Assembly: GCF_058153355.1 (NCBI RefSeq)
Contig: NZ_CM177019.1
DNA: 64,000 bases
Direction: 5' to 3' (one strand)
Position numbers and translations under genes: made by a program. The notes under the pieces are model-generated. The model saw nothing but the letters and a program-made list of their open reading frames with translations, searched no databases and was not told the DNA's origin. Numbering within the stretch: the stretch's first letter is position 1; the number at the start of each line of letters is the position of its first letter. Of this stretch, positions 54,101 to 63,133 are shown piece by piece.

Positions 54101-54697
54101 TCAGGCATCTTCTCTTTTTAATTTTTCGTTTATGAGATTATTTCTTTCCCATAATCCGGCAAAACGTGCAGCATTACTGGCGGTATAACGCACAGTATGG
54201 CGAATATTTCGATGCCCGAGATAATCCTGAATTAAACGGGTATCTGCACCACGCTCCGCCAGTTCATAACCGCAAGCATGCCTTAACATATGAGGATGAG
54301 TCTGCGTCACGGTTCCAGCTTCAATACCGGCATCGCGAATAATGCGATAGGCCTGCTGGCGAGAAAGTCGACTCCCGCGGCGAGAAATAAATATGGCGTC
54401 GGTCTGGTCAGCGCCTTTCCAGTTAATACGTTCCTGGGTCCAGCGCTCCACAGCTTCACGCTCATCAAAACGTAACGGGTGAACGGTAGAAAATCCGTTC
54501 TTCAGTCGGCGAATATTTATTCGACCTTCGTTAAGGTCAAGATCCTGATAATGCAGATCAAGCAGTTCACTAATACGCATCCCATGCCGATATGCCAACA
54601 AAATTAGGCAATAATCTCTGGCTCCCGTTGCCCCGTAACAAACCGCCTGCATCATGTCCTGAACTTCTTTACCGGTAAGATAACGACGTTTACTCAC
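54101..54697 (-). CDS. fimE: Tyrosine recombinase (ON-to-OFF fim switch)
   Basis: 198 aa; recombinase motifs HPHMLRHACGY...LGHRNIRHTVRYT. Confidence 0.97.
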   Translation of the reverse strand: MSKRRYLTGKEVQDMMQAVCYGATGARDYCLILLAYRHGMRISELLDLHYQDLDLNEGRINIRRLKNGFSTVHPLRFDEREAVERWTQERINWKGADQTDAIFISRRGSRLSRQQAYRIIRDAGIEAGTVTQTHPHMLRHACGYELAERGADTRLIQDYLGHRNIRHTVRYTASNAARFAGLWERNNLINEKLKREDA

Positions 54698-55174
54698 AAT
54701 AGTAGTACTCCTGACTGAGATATATTTGAATGAATACCTATAGGAAACCTCGATCGGTTAAAATTAGCCCAATAGATAAAAAGATAACCACACAGGAAGT
54801 TATGTGGCTATCAGTCAATTACATTAAATATCATACAAAAATAAAATATCACTGATGTGACAACATCTATTTTCATTGATTTGATTCAATATAACAATAG
54901 ATTGCAGCGGATTAACTTCCAGTTGCTTAAAAAATAAAGAAAAAAGTGCAGAAACAGGAGAACTTGAGTGATGTGTAAATTTATGAATGATTTTGTTTAT
55001 TTATTTTGAAGAACATAAACCATTGTATTTTGTATGGATATGGTTAACTTAATGTTTATTATGATAATTAAGAATCACACTTACAATAACATCAATTAAT
55101 AAATGGTTAATCATTTTTGATATATCGTAAGAATAATGTATTTTTTAACACCATCCCTGGTATCTCATCTATCT

Positions 55175-55777
55175 CTATAAAACAGCGTGATGCTGTCGTC
55201 CTCTGGCTCTATCCCAGATGCCGTAAAAACGCCCTGCATTGCTGGCGGTATACCAGACAGTATGACGAATATTGCGATGCCCAAGATAATCCTGGATAAG
55301 TCGTGTATCTATTCCCATATTCGCCAAAGCAAAACCACACGAATGGCGTAACATATGCGGATGAATCTCCAGTGATAACCCAGCATTACCACCAGAAGTC
55401 GAGATAATATGGTAAAACTGTTGCCGAGAAAGCGGGTTCCCCTTACGTGATAAAAATACCCACTCGCTCTCAGCATGCGGATAAGAAGTACGTATACTCA
55501 ACCAGTTTTTTAAAGCCTGAACTTCTTTGTTCAATAGCGGGTGCGTTGTTGAAAAGCCTTTTTTTAATCGATGGATATAGATACACTTTGCCTTAAGATC
55601 AATATCCGAAATCCTCAATCGACAAATTTCACTCGCCCGGAAACCATGAATAAAACAAAGCAAAGTCAGACAATAATTACGTGCTGCATGAGGCCCGGTA
55701 TTTGCTGCTTTAAGGAGTGACTCGATTTCACTATGGGTCAGGAAGTTCCTTTTTTTGTTATCAGCCTTATTCTTCAT
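55175..55777 (-). CDS. fimB: Tyrosine recombinase (bidirectional fim switch)
   Basis: 200 aa; paralogue of FimE (HPHMLRHSCGF...LGHRNIRHTVWYT). Confidence 0.97.
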   Translation of the reverse strand: MKNKADNKKRNFLTHSEIESLLKAANTGPHAARNYCLTLLCFIHGFRASEICRLRISDIDLKAKCIYIHRLKKGFSTTHPLLNKEVQALKNWLSIRTSYPHAESEWVFLSRKGNPLSRQQFYHIISTSGGNAGLSLEIHPHMLRHSCGFALANMGIDTRLIQDYLGHRNIRHTVWYTASNAGRFYGIWDRARGRQHHAVL

Positions 55778-56801
55778 CGTTTTCCCTTATAATTACAGAC
55801 GCGCACTAGCTGTGCTGGGTTAGCAATAATCCAACATTTTAATCCTGGTTATGTTTATAAAAGCGAACGTTTGCTTAATAACTAACGTAAGTGGACCAGT
55901 TCTTCTGAGTGAACTAAAATGGAGTAGCGATAGTTACTTATAATAACTTTGCCATACAAACGCCATGCTCTTGCATGCTATGTACCCTTATATATTTATC
56001 AATCTGATACGAATCTAATAATAACCCTCATCATTAATGCAACTAATCTTATCTATATATCATGTGATATGTTCTGTAACAAGTAAAATCAACATAAAAA
56101 ATTCAGCAAAATTTAATATTCGTTCAACTAGCCGTCTCACATATGACATTATTAGTCAACTGCATTTGCCACAAAATGGCTATTTCATGGAACGCAGTAA
56201 TTTCTTAGCGTCTATTATCATGCTAATTCTTAGGTCCCTAGCGATTATTCCTGCCTGGTTCGTCAGCTTACGCCATGAGATTGCTACATTCCTTTTTATC
56301 CTGGAGATATGGGGGAACGCAGGCGACGCTTTTTCATCTACATTCGTTGGTAAATATGGCTTTGGTCACTACGACTTAAACCTTCCTCAATCACAGCTAT
56401 TCGCCGGGCGATACGGCAAACAAACTAAGTGAAACATCATCCTGAAAACACCAATGCGTACTGAACATCAACAAGCCTCTCCTGATCGACTTCAGAAGTG
56501 ACCAGTTACAAGCCACAAACCTGGAAACATATTTCATGATGAGAATTATGCTCAGCCTGATGGCGGGTAAACACTTATTTTCACCACGCTCACTGAGTTA
56601 GCCAGCAAAGCTCCCCTTGTTTAGAGTGCAAATAAATAACATATAAAACAAATAGTTAATAAAATATCTTTGATTTGTGAAGGCCATCGTAAGTGTTCGT
56701 CTGACTTCACATGGCATCTTCTTCATAGAAAAATATAGACATATTTTGTGACACGAATTGCAAATCTGGTTTTGTTATATGGCTTGTGTGATTTTTGATA
56801 T

Positions 56802-56824
56802 GGTATAACAGGTATAAAGGTGTA
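56802..56824. promoter_or_regulatory. NanR operator (GGTATA repeats) in the fimB-nanC intergenic region
   Basis: GGTATAACAGGTATAAAGGTGTA, three tandem GGTATA-type hexamers about 380 bp upstream of nanC. Confidence 0.65.
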
Positions 56825-57205
56825 CCGAAGTAGTCAATGAGACTGAGCATCTCGCAATCTATGACAAACATCACTTCAGTCTGAAAGGAGTATGAAAATG
56901 AGATCAACAAACTTTCTATTTTATGACTCTGGGTAAAATGGATTGAGTAAGTGATATCGCTTACGAATATTCAAATCAATTAAACATCAGAAGAGATTTT
57001 ATACTCAGGTATTTAATCTGGCCCTCTGTTTATTTAAATAATGTGGAAGAGAATTTTCACAGGAGACCTTATACAAAAAATATAAAATACAGCTACCCGT
57101 TACCAAAGACACTATAAGCCTGGCAAAAAATATTACACAACATAAATGCTAATTGTTTATGCGGGCTTTGTATTGCTTTCTGTATCCTACAAATGAGTGA
57201 AATTT

Positions 57206-57922
57206 ATGAAAAAGGCTAAAATACTTTCTGGCGTATTATTACTGTGCTTTTCGTCACCATTAATTTCTCAAGCTGCGACACTGGACGTACGTGGTGGATA
57301 TCGTAGTGGAAGCCACGCCTATGAGACTCGACTCAAAGTCAGTGAGGGATGGCAAAATGGATGGTGGGCAAGCATGGAAAGTAATACCTGGAATACCATT
57401 CATGATAATAAAAAGGAAAATGCCGCACTCAATGATGTTCAGGTTGAAGTTAATTACGCGATTAAACTTGATGATCAATGGACGGTGCGCCCGGGAATGT
57501 TAACGCATTTTAGCAGCAACGGCACACGCTACGGACCCTACGTAAAATTGTCCTGGGACGCGACAAAAGATCTTAATTTTGGTATTCGCTATCGTTACGA
57601 CTGGAAAGCTTACCGACAACAAGACTTATCCGGTGATATGTCTCGTGATAATGTTCATCGTTGGGATGGATATGTCACTTACCATATTAATAGTGATTTC
57701 ACCTTCGCATGGCAAACGACGCTATACAGCAAACAAAACGATTATCGCTATGCAAACCATAAGAAATGGGCGACGGAAAATGCATTTGTTCTACAATACC
57801 ATATGACGCCTGATATTACGCCATACATAGAATATGACTACCTTGACCGTCAGGGTGTTTATAACGGCAGAGATAATTTATCAGAAAACAGTTATCGCAT
57901 TGGTGTGTCATTTAAACTGTAG
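57206..57922 (+). CDS. nanC: KdgM-family N-acetylneuraminic acid outer-membrane channel
   Basis: 238 aa from MKKAKILSGVLLL with signal peptide; C-terminal aromatic residue pattern of a beta-barrel. Confidence 0.9.
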   Translation: MKKAKILSGVLLLCFSSPLISQAATLDVRGGYRSGSHAYETRLKVSEGWQNGWWASMESNTWNTIHDNKKENAALNDVQVEVNYAIKLDDQWTVRPGMLTHFSSNGTRYGPYVKLSWDATKDLNFGIRYRYDWKAYRQQDLSGDMSRDNVHRWDGYVTYHINSDFTFAWQTTLYSKQNDYRYANHKKWATENAFVLQYHMTPDITPYIEYDYLDRQGVYNGRDNLSENSYRIGVSFKL

Positions 57923-57941
57923 TAGACAGGAGACAGTCACA

Positions 57942-59048
57942 ATGAATAAAACAATAACGGCGCTTGCTATCATGATGGCTTCATTTGCCGCAAACGCGTC
58001 TGTATTACCGGAAACTCCGGTGCCATTTAAAAGTGGTACCGGAGCAATTGATAACGACACTGTCTACATTGGTTTAGGTAGCGCAGGTACAGCATGGTAC
58101 AAGCTGGATACACAGGCCAAAGATAAAAAATGGACAGCGTTAGCTGCATTCCCTGGTGGACCGAGAGATCAAGCAACCTCTGCATTTATTGATGGCAATC
58201 TGTATGTGTTTGGCGGCATTGGCAAAAACAGCGAGGGCTTGACTCAGGTATTTAATGACGTACACAAATACAACCCCAAAACCAATAGCTGGGTTAAATT
58301 GATGTCGCACGCGCCGATGGGCATGGCGGGCCATGTGACTTTTGTACATGACGGCAAGGCTTATGTTACTGGCGGTGTTAACCAGAATATCTTCAATGGC
58401 TATTTTGAAGATCTCAACGAAGCTGGAAAAGATCCAACCGCTATAGATAAAATCAACGCCCACTATTTTGACAAAAAAGCAGAAGATTATTTCTTCAATA
58501 AGTTTCTGTTGTCTTTTGATCCCTCAACACAGCAATGGAGTTACGCTGGCGAATCTCCCTGGTACGGGACGGCTGGTGCAGCGGTTGTGAATAAAGGCGA
58601 TAAAACCTGGCTTATTAATGGTGAAGCCAAACCAGGACTACGAACGGATGCCGTATTTGAACTTGATTTCACCGGTAATAATTTAAAATGGAATAAACTT
58701 GCTCCCGTCTCATCACCAGATGGCGTCGCTGGCGGTTTTGCGGGGATAAGCAATGACTCACTTATATTTGCCGGGGGGGCCGGATTCAAGGGGGCGCGGG
58801 AAAATTATCAGAACGGTAAGAACTATGCGCATGAAGGCCTGAAAAAATCATATAGCGCTGATATTCATCTTTGGCATAACGGGAAATGGGATAAATCGGG
58901 CGAATTATCGCAAGGTCGGGCCTACGGAGTATCATTGCCCTGGAATAATAGTTTATTAATTATTGGCGGTGAAACTGCAGGCGGCAAAGCGGTGACGGAT
59001 TCAGTTTTGATCTCTGTGAAGGATAATAAAGTCACAGTACAAAACTAA
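57942..59048 (+). CDS. nanM: N-acetylneuraminate mutarotase (Kelch-repeat beta-propeller)
   Basis: 368 aa from MNKTITALAIMMASFAANA. Confidence 0.9.
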   Translation: MNKTITALAIMMASFAANASVLPETPVPFKSGTGAIDNDTVYIGLGSAGTAWYKLDTQAKDKKWTALAAFPGGPRDQATSAFIDGNLYVFGGIGKNSEGLTQVFNDVHKYNPKTNSWVKLMSHAPMGMAGHVTFVHDGKAYVTGGVNQNIFNGYFEDLNEAGKDPTAIDKINAHYFDKKAEDYFFNKFLLSFDPSTQQWSYAGESPWYGTAGAAVVNKGDKTWLINGEAKPGLRTDAVFELDFTGNNLKWNKLAPVSSPDGVAGGFAGISNDSLIFAGGAGFKGARENYQNGKNYAHEGLKKSYSADIHLWHNGKWDKSGELSQGRAYGVSLPWNNSLLIIGGETAGGKAVTDSVLISVKDNKVTVQN

Positions 59049-59112
59049 TGCTTCAGGGCCCCAGTAAAGGGGCTCTGCTATCAATTTGCCATTTCAATTA
59101 CGCGAAAATTAT

Positions 59113-60093
59113 ATGAACGCAATAATAACGCCCGATTATTACTATGTTCTTACCGTTGCCGGTCAGTCTAATGCCATGGCGTATGGCGAAGGACTGCCAT
59201 TACCGGACAGGGAAGATGCGCCTCATCCCAGGATTAAACAATTAGCGAGATTTGCGCATACGCATCCCGGAGGCCCGTCATGTCACTTTAACGACATTAT
59301 TCCACTGACTCACTGCCCACACGATGTTCAGGATATGCAGGGTTATCACCATCCTCTGGCAACGAATCATCAAACACAGTACGGCACCGTTGGCCAGGCA
59401 CTGCATATTGCACGGAAATTACTGCCCTTTATTCCTGATAACGCGGGGGTTCTCATCGTTCCATGTTGCCGTGGCGGATCGGCTTTTACCGCGGGCAGCG
59501 AGGGGACATATTCAGAACGGCACGGAGCCAGCCATGATGCTTGTCGTTGGGGAACGGATACTCCGCTATACCAGGATTTAGTCAGCAGAACGCGAGCCGC
59601 ACTGGCAAAAAATCCGCAGAACAAATTCCTCGGCGTATGCTGGATGCAAGGCGAATTTGACTTAATGACCAGTGACTACGCGTCACACCCTCAATACTTT
59701 AATCATATGGTTGAAGCCTTTCGTAGGGATCTAAAACAATACCATTCTCAGCTTAATAATATTACTGACGCACCGTGGTTTTGCGGCGATACCACCTGGT
59801 ACTGGAAAGAAAATTTCCCTCATGCGTATGAAGCTATTTATGGCAATTATCAAAATAATGTTTTAGCCAATATTATTTTCGTCGACTTCCAGCAACAAGG
59901 TGCAAGAGGACTGACGAACGCGCCTGATGAAGATCCAGACGATTTAAGCACGGGATATTACGGTTCAGCGTACCGGTCACCGGAGAACTGGACGACGGTA
60001 CTGCGAAGCAGTCATTTCAGCTCAGCAGCCCGTCGGGGGATTATTTCTGACAGATTTGTAGAAGCAATTTTGCAGTTTTGGCGCGAAAGGTGA
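59113..60093 (+). CDS. nanS: 9-O-acetyl-N-acetylneuraminate esterase
   Basis: 326 aa from MNAIITPDYYYVLTVAGQSNAMAYG (SGNH-like GQSN motif). Confidence 0.85.
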   Translation: MNAIITPDYYYVLTVAGQSNAMAYGEGLPLPDREDAPHPRIKQLARFAHTHPGGPSCHFNDIIPLTHCPHDVQDMQGYHHPLATNHQTQYGTVGQALHIARKLLPFIPDNAGVLIVPCCRGGSAFTAGSEGTYSERHGASHDACRWGTDTPLYQDLVSRTRAALAKNPQNKFLGVCWMQGEFDLMTSDYASHPQYFNHMVEAFRRDLKQYHSQLNNITDAPWFCGDTTWYWKENFPHAYEAIYGNYQNNVLANIIFVDFQQQGARGLTNAPDEDPDDLSTGYYGSAYRSPENWTTVLRSSHFSSAARRGIISDRFVEAILQFWRER

Positions 60094-60100
60094 GCGTTCA

Positions 60101-60751
60101 TTAATTTGATTTATTCGCATCCATCAACGCTTTTAACTGCTCCGGCGAAAACGGTGGTTTGCGTCGGTGCAACATCGCATGGCAATTAGGGCACACAGGA
60201 AGCAAATCATTAACTGGATCCAGCTGGTAATCCTCTTTAATGGCTGAAAGCGGCACCAGGTGATGCACATGGATAAAGCCTTCAGCGATATCACCATAGA
60301 TCTTCACCAGATCAACGCCGCATACTTTGCACTGGCATCCATGATGTTCGACCGCTTTATCTCGGGCCTTTTTATCGCGTTCATAGCGGTTTACTGTCAC
60401 CTTTATCGCCGCACCTTCAAGGTATGTCTCCTGCGACGGCAACTCATCCGGGAACAGAACGTCGGCTATGGGAGCCGCAGCGGCTTTATCCTGATGAATA
60501 TGAAATCCCTGCTCTATGAGTAGTTTGACGCATTTAGATTTTATTCCGCCGGTGAAATCCGCAGGGGTAAATTGCGTCCCCGTCATCAATGTCGCTGCGA
60601 TGCCAGCAATCGCCTTCGAGGGGTAACGTCGGCCATGATATTCAATCTCATACAACCGCGCAGGCTGGAACTGATGAGTTTCTCCCGCATCCCATAAATG
60701 GATAGCTTCGATGATATACCGCCGCGGAAGATGATCAGGGAGTTTATTCAT
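60101..60751 (-). CDS. HNH endonuclease with uncharacterised N-terminal putative DNA-recognition domain (candidate type IV restriction enzyme)
   Basis: 216 aa; C-terminal zinc-finger HNH (CQCKVCG...HVHHLVPLS...NDLLPVCPNCH); stop 7 bp from the nanS stop, convergent. Confidence 0.65.
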   Translation of the reverse strand: MNKLPDHLPRRYIIEAIHLWDAGETHQFQPARLYEIEYHGRRYPSKAIAGIAATLMTGTQFTPADFTGGIKSKCVKLLIEQGFHIHQDKAAAAPIADVLFPDELPSQETYLEGAAIKVTVNRYERDKKARDKAVEHHGCQCKVCGVDLVKIYGDIAEGFIHVHHLVPLSAIKEDYQLDPVNDLLPVCPNCHAMLHRRKPPFSPEQLKALMDANKSN

Positions 60752-60830
60752 GGAGAATGTCCTTATACGTTCTCAGAACAGGCAGCAAAAAAACAAATGA
60801 GATCAAGGTAATATATCTTCACTTGCAGGC

Positions 60831-61760
60831 TTGAACAGCAGAAAATTTGCGAGCATGATCGCAATTATTTCACTGCCAGGGATATCAATGGCTTCCAGTA
60901 AATCGCTACAGCAGGCAATTGCCAACATAAAAATCTGGCACAAGGGTGAACAGCGCGCGCCGCATAAGCCATTGTTACTGCTATACGTATTAGCGGGATA
61001 CCTGAATGGACATCCGCGCCTTTTCGATTATGGCTCGGAAATCTACGAACCTCTGCACAGTTTACTGGAACGTTTTGGGCCACAGCGTTCACAGTACCGA
61101 CCTGATATGTCGTTCTGGCGATTACAAGGCGACGGATTCTGGCAATTACACAATGCCGAACTTTGCTCAACAGCAGGGAGTAGCCGACAACCGCCAGTGA
61201 AGGAACTGACCGAACACCGCGTTGCAGGCGGTTTCGATGAACAGCACTATGCCCTGGTAATCGGCAATAAAAAACTCATCAATACCCTAGCGCAACAGAT
61301 ACTCGAAGCGCACTTCACCGAGAGCATTCAGGAAGAAATTGCTGACGAGCTGGGTTTTGATCTCCAGCAAATCCGTAAACAGCGCGACCCGTTATTTCGC
61401 AAAAATGTATTACGCGCTTATAAATACCAGTGCGCGATATGTGGCTTTAATATGCGCCACGACGACACCACCGTCGCGTTGGAAGCGGCGCATATAAAAT
61501 GGAAACAGCACGGCGGTCCTTGTGAAATTCCTAATGGCCTGGCGCTTTGTGCAATACACCATAAAGCCTTTGATAAAGGATCGATTGGCCTGGATGAAAA
61601 TATGCGGGTACTGGTCTCGGATGCGGTAAACGGCGGAGGGATCGTTGAGAAACTATTCTGGGATTTTGACGGGAAAACTATTGCGTTACCACAGGTGCGT
61701 AAAAATTACCCTTTTGAGGGGTTTGTGGAGTGGCATCGAAAAGAGGTTTTTAGGGGGTGA
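60831..61760 (+). CDS. HNH endonuclease with N-terminal modified-DNA-sensing-type domain (possibly sulfur-binding-domain-like; candidate type IV restriction enzyme)
   Basis: 309 aa; C-terminal HNH (CAICGFN...EAAHIKW...CAIHHKAFD); roughly 200-aa N-terminal domain; divergent from the 216-aa HNH gene. Confidence 0.6.
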   Translation: MNSRKFASMIAIISLPGISMASSKSLQQAIANIKIWHKGEQRAPHKPLLLLYVLAGYLNGHPRLFDYGSEIYEPLHSLLERFGPQRSQYRPDMSFWRLQGDGFWQLHNAELCSTAGSSRQPPVKELTEHRVAGGFDEQHYALVIGNKKLINTLAQQILEAHFTESIQEEIADELGFDLQQIRKQRDPLFRKNVLRAYKYQCAICGFNMRHDDTTVALEAAHIKWKQHGGPCEIPNGLALCAIHHKAFDKGSIGLDENMRVLVSDAVNGGGIVEKLFWDFDGKTIALPQVRKNYPFEGFVEWHRKEVFRG

Positions 61761-61822
61761 GGTAGGCTATCTTGTGCATACAAATAGACAAATAAATTGT
61801 ATAAAGAGATAGCCTACAAATA

Positions 61823-63133
61823 CTAAATAAATTCAGCCCCACTAGGAAAACGCAACTCTGATGTCTGTAAACTCTCGCCAATAAAGAAAGGTACAACCCA
61901 TAAACGTAACCTATTTTCCTTCTGATGGCTAAATTCATAAGGATGAGGAGATGGCTGATTAAATCCGTTATGATAGGGGTATATCAAAATCATATCACCT
62001 TCCCCCTCCTGGTAATTCAATCCATAGGCAAGCATTTGGTAGAGATCGGCTTGAGATTGCTCAAGACTGTCCTTTCTGCCATTAACTATCTTCCATTTAA
62101 CATCACAGGTAATAACTGAACCAGTAGTACTTTTACGAGGCCGTAAACAAATATCAGGCCGCAGCTTAAATAAAGCTTTACCGTTATAACTAATCAGATT
62201 TTTTGAACTTACCTGTGCGTCCACTCGCCATTTATCATAATAACGATAACGCATCCATGTCGTCACAAAAGATTCAAAAACAGCCTCCATCGGGAAAAGC
62301 AGTGAAAAAGCATTAACATCCCCATACATACAGTGTGGAGAATCGCCCAATAAAATCATCTTCGCCCACGCTAATGCTTGCTCATAGTGATGCATTTGTC
62401 TATCAAAGTGTAACTGCTCGAAAGCTATATAAGCATCATGAACTGACGTGATATTTTCAAAGTGAAACTGCAGCTGTGTTATCTGCTGTAATAATTGTGG
62501 ATTACTGGTCTGGCGACTAATCTTATTGATTGCAGTTTTGAGTATCCGGTTTTCCAGACGATTGACGCTGTACTCGTCATACTCTACCTGAAAACGATCC
62601 CGCCTAATACAGTTTTTGCTTAATTGTGCAGAGATCCGTAATCTTCCTTTCATCCATGGAAGATTATCTTCCTGACGTAAATAGTCACGTTTTAACCCTC
62701 TCTGCACAATCTTACGCACGCTCTCTATAAATTGTTGAATAAAGATATCCATCAGAGGCATTTTAGATATTTTGACGCCAGATTCAGAGGAGGCAATATG
62801 ACGAAATGATTTTAACGTACGTAACATCATCAGTAATTGTTGACGAACAGTATCCTCATTATCCTGACCTGTTTTAGGCAGGATTTCGAGAAATCGCCCC
62901 CCTGGCAGTGAGATTACTCCTGCATAGTTTTTTACCTGCAGCGTTTTTACTCCATTCCGGCTGCTAAGGGTGAGCAAACGATGAGTATTATCAGCATCGT
63001 CTTTCAGACAGCGCAGCTCAAGCCATTTAAATAGGTCTGCAGGTAGCACTACCGCATTATTTATACGGGCATCACCTTCCTCACTCACTAAATGCCCGTA
63101 TTCGAACACAGTGAAATGACTGGAAGATTTCAT
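61823..63133 (-). CDS. McrC-like PD-(D/E)XK nuclease subunit of a McrBC-type GTP-dependent restriction system
   Basis: 436 aa from MKSSSHFTVFEY; C-terminal D...DVKWK PD-(D/E)XK signature; ATG overlaps the upstream McrB-like stop (ATGA). The listed ORF start at 63199 is discounted. Confidence 0.7.
   Translation of the reverse strand: MKSSSHFTVFEYGHLVSEEGDARINNAVVLPADLFKWLELRCLKDDADNTHRLLTLSSRNGVKTLQVKNYAGVISLPGGRFLEILPKTGQDNEDTVRQQLLMMLRTLKSFRHIASSESGVKISKMPLMDIFIQQFIESVRKIVQRGLKRDYLRQEDNLPWMKGRLRISAQLSKNCIRRDRFQVEYDEYSVNRLENRILKTAINKISRQTSNPQLLQQITQLQFHFENITSVHDAYIAFEQLHFDRQMHHYEQALAWAKMILLGDSPHCMYGDVNAFSLLFPMEAVFESFVTTWMRYRYYDKWRVDAQVSSKNLISYNGKALFKLRPDICLRPRKSTTGSVITCDVKWKIVNGRKDSLEQSQADLYQMLAYGLNYQEGEGDMILIYPYHNGFNQPSPHPYEFSHQKENRLRLWVVPFFIGESLQTSELRFPSGAEFI

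Noticed and set aside
56037-56432. 131-aa ORF in the fimB-nanC intergenic region
   Set aside because: Sits in the AT-rich 1.4-kb regulatory spacer that also holds the NanR operator; no RBS or domain; likely non-coding.
60101-61760. The two HNH proteins considered as a toxin-immunity or bacteriocin module
   Set aside because: No small immunity-like ORF adjacent, no receptor-binding or translocation domains, and both sit beside a McrBC-like operon; restriction function is more parsimonious, though unproven.
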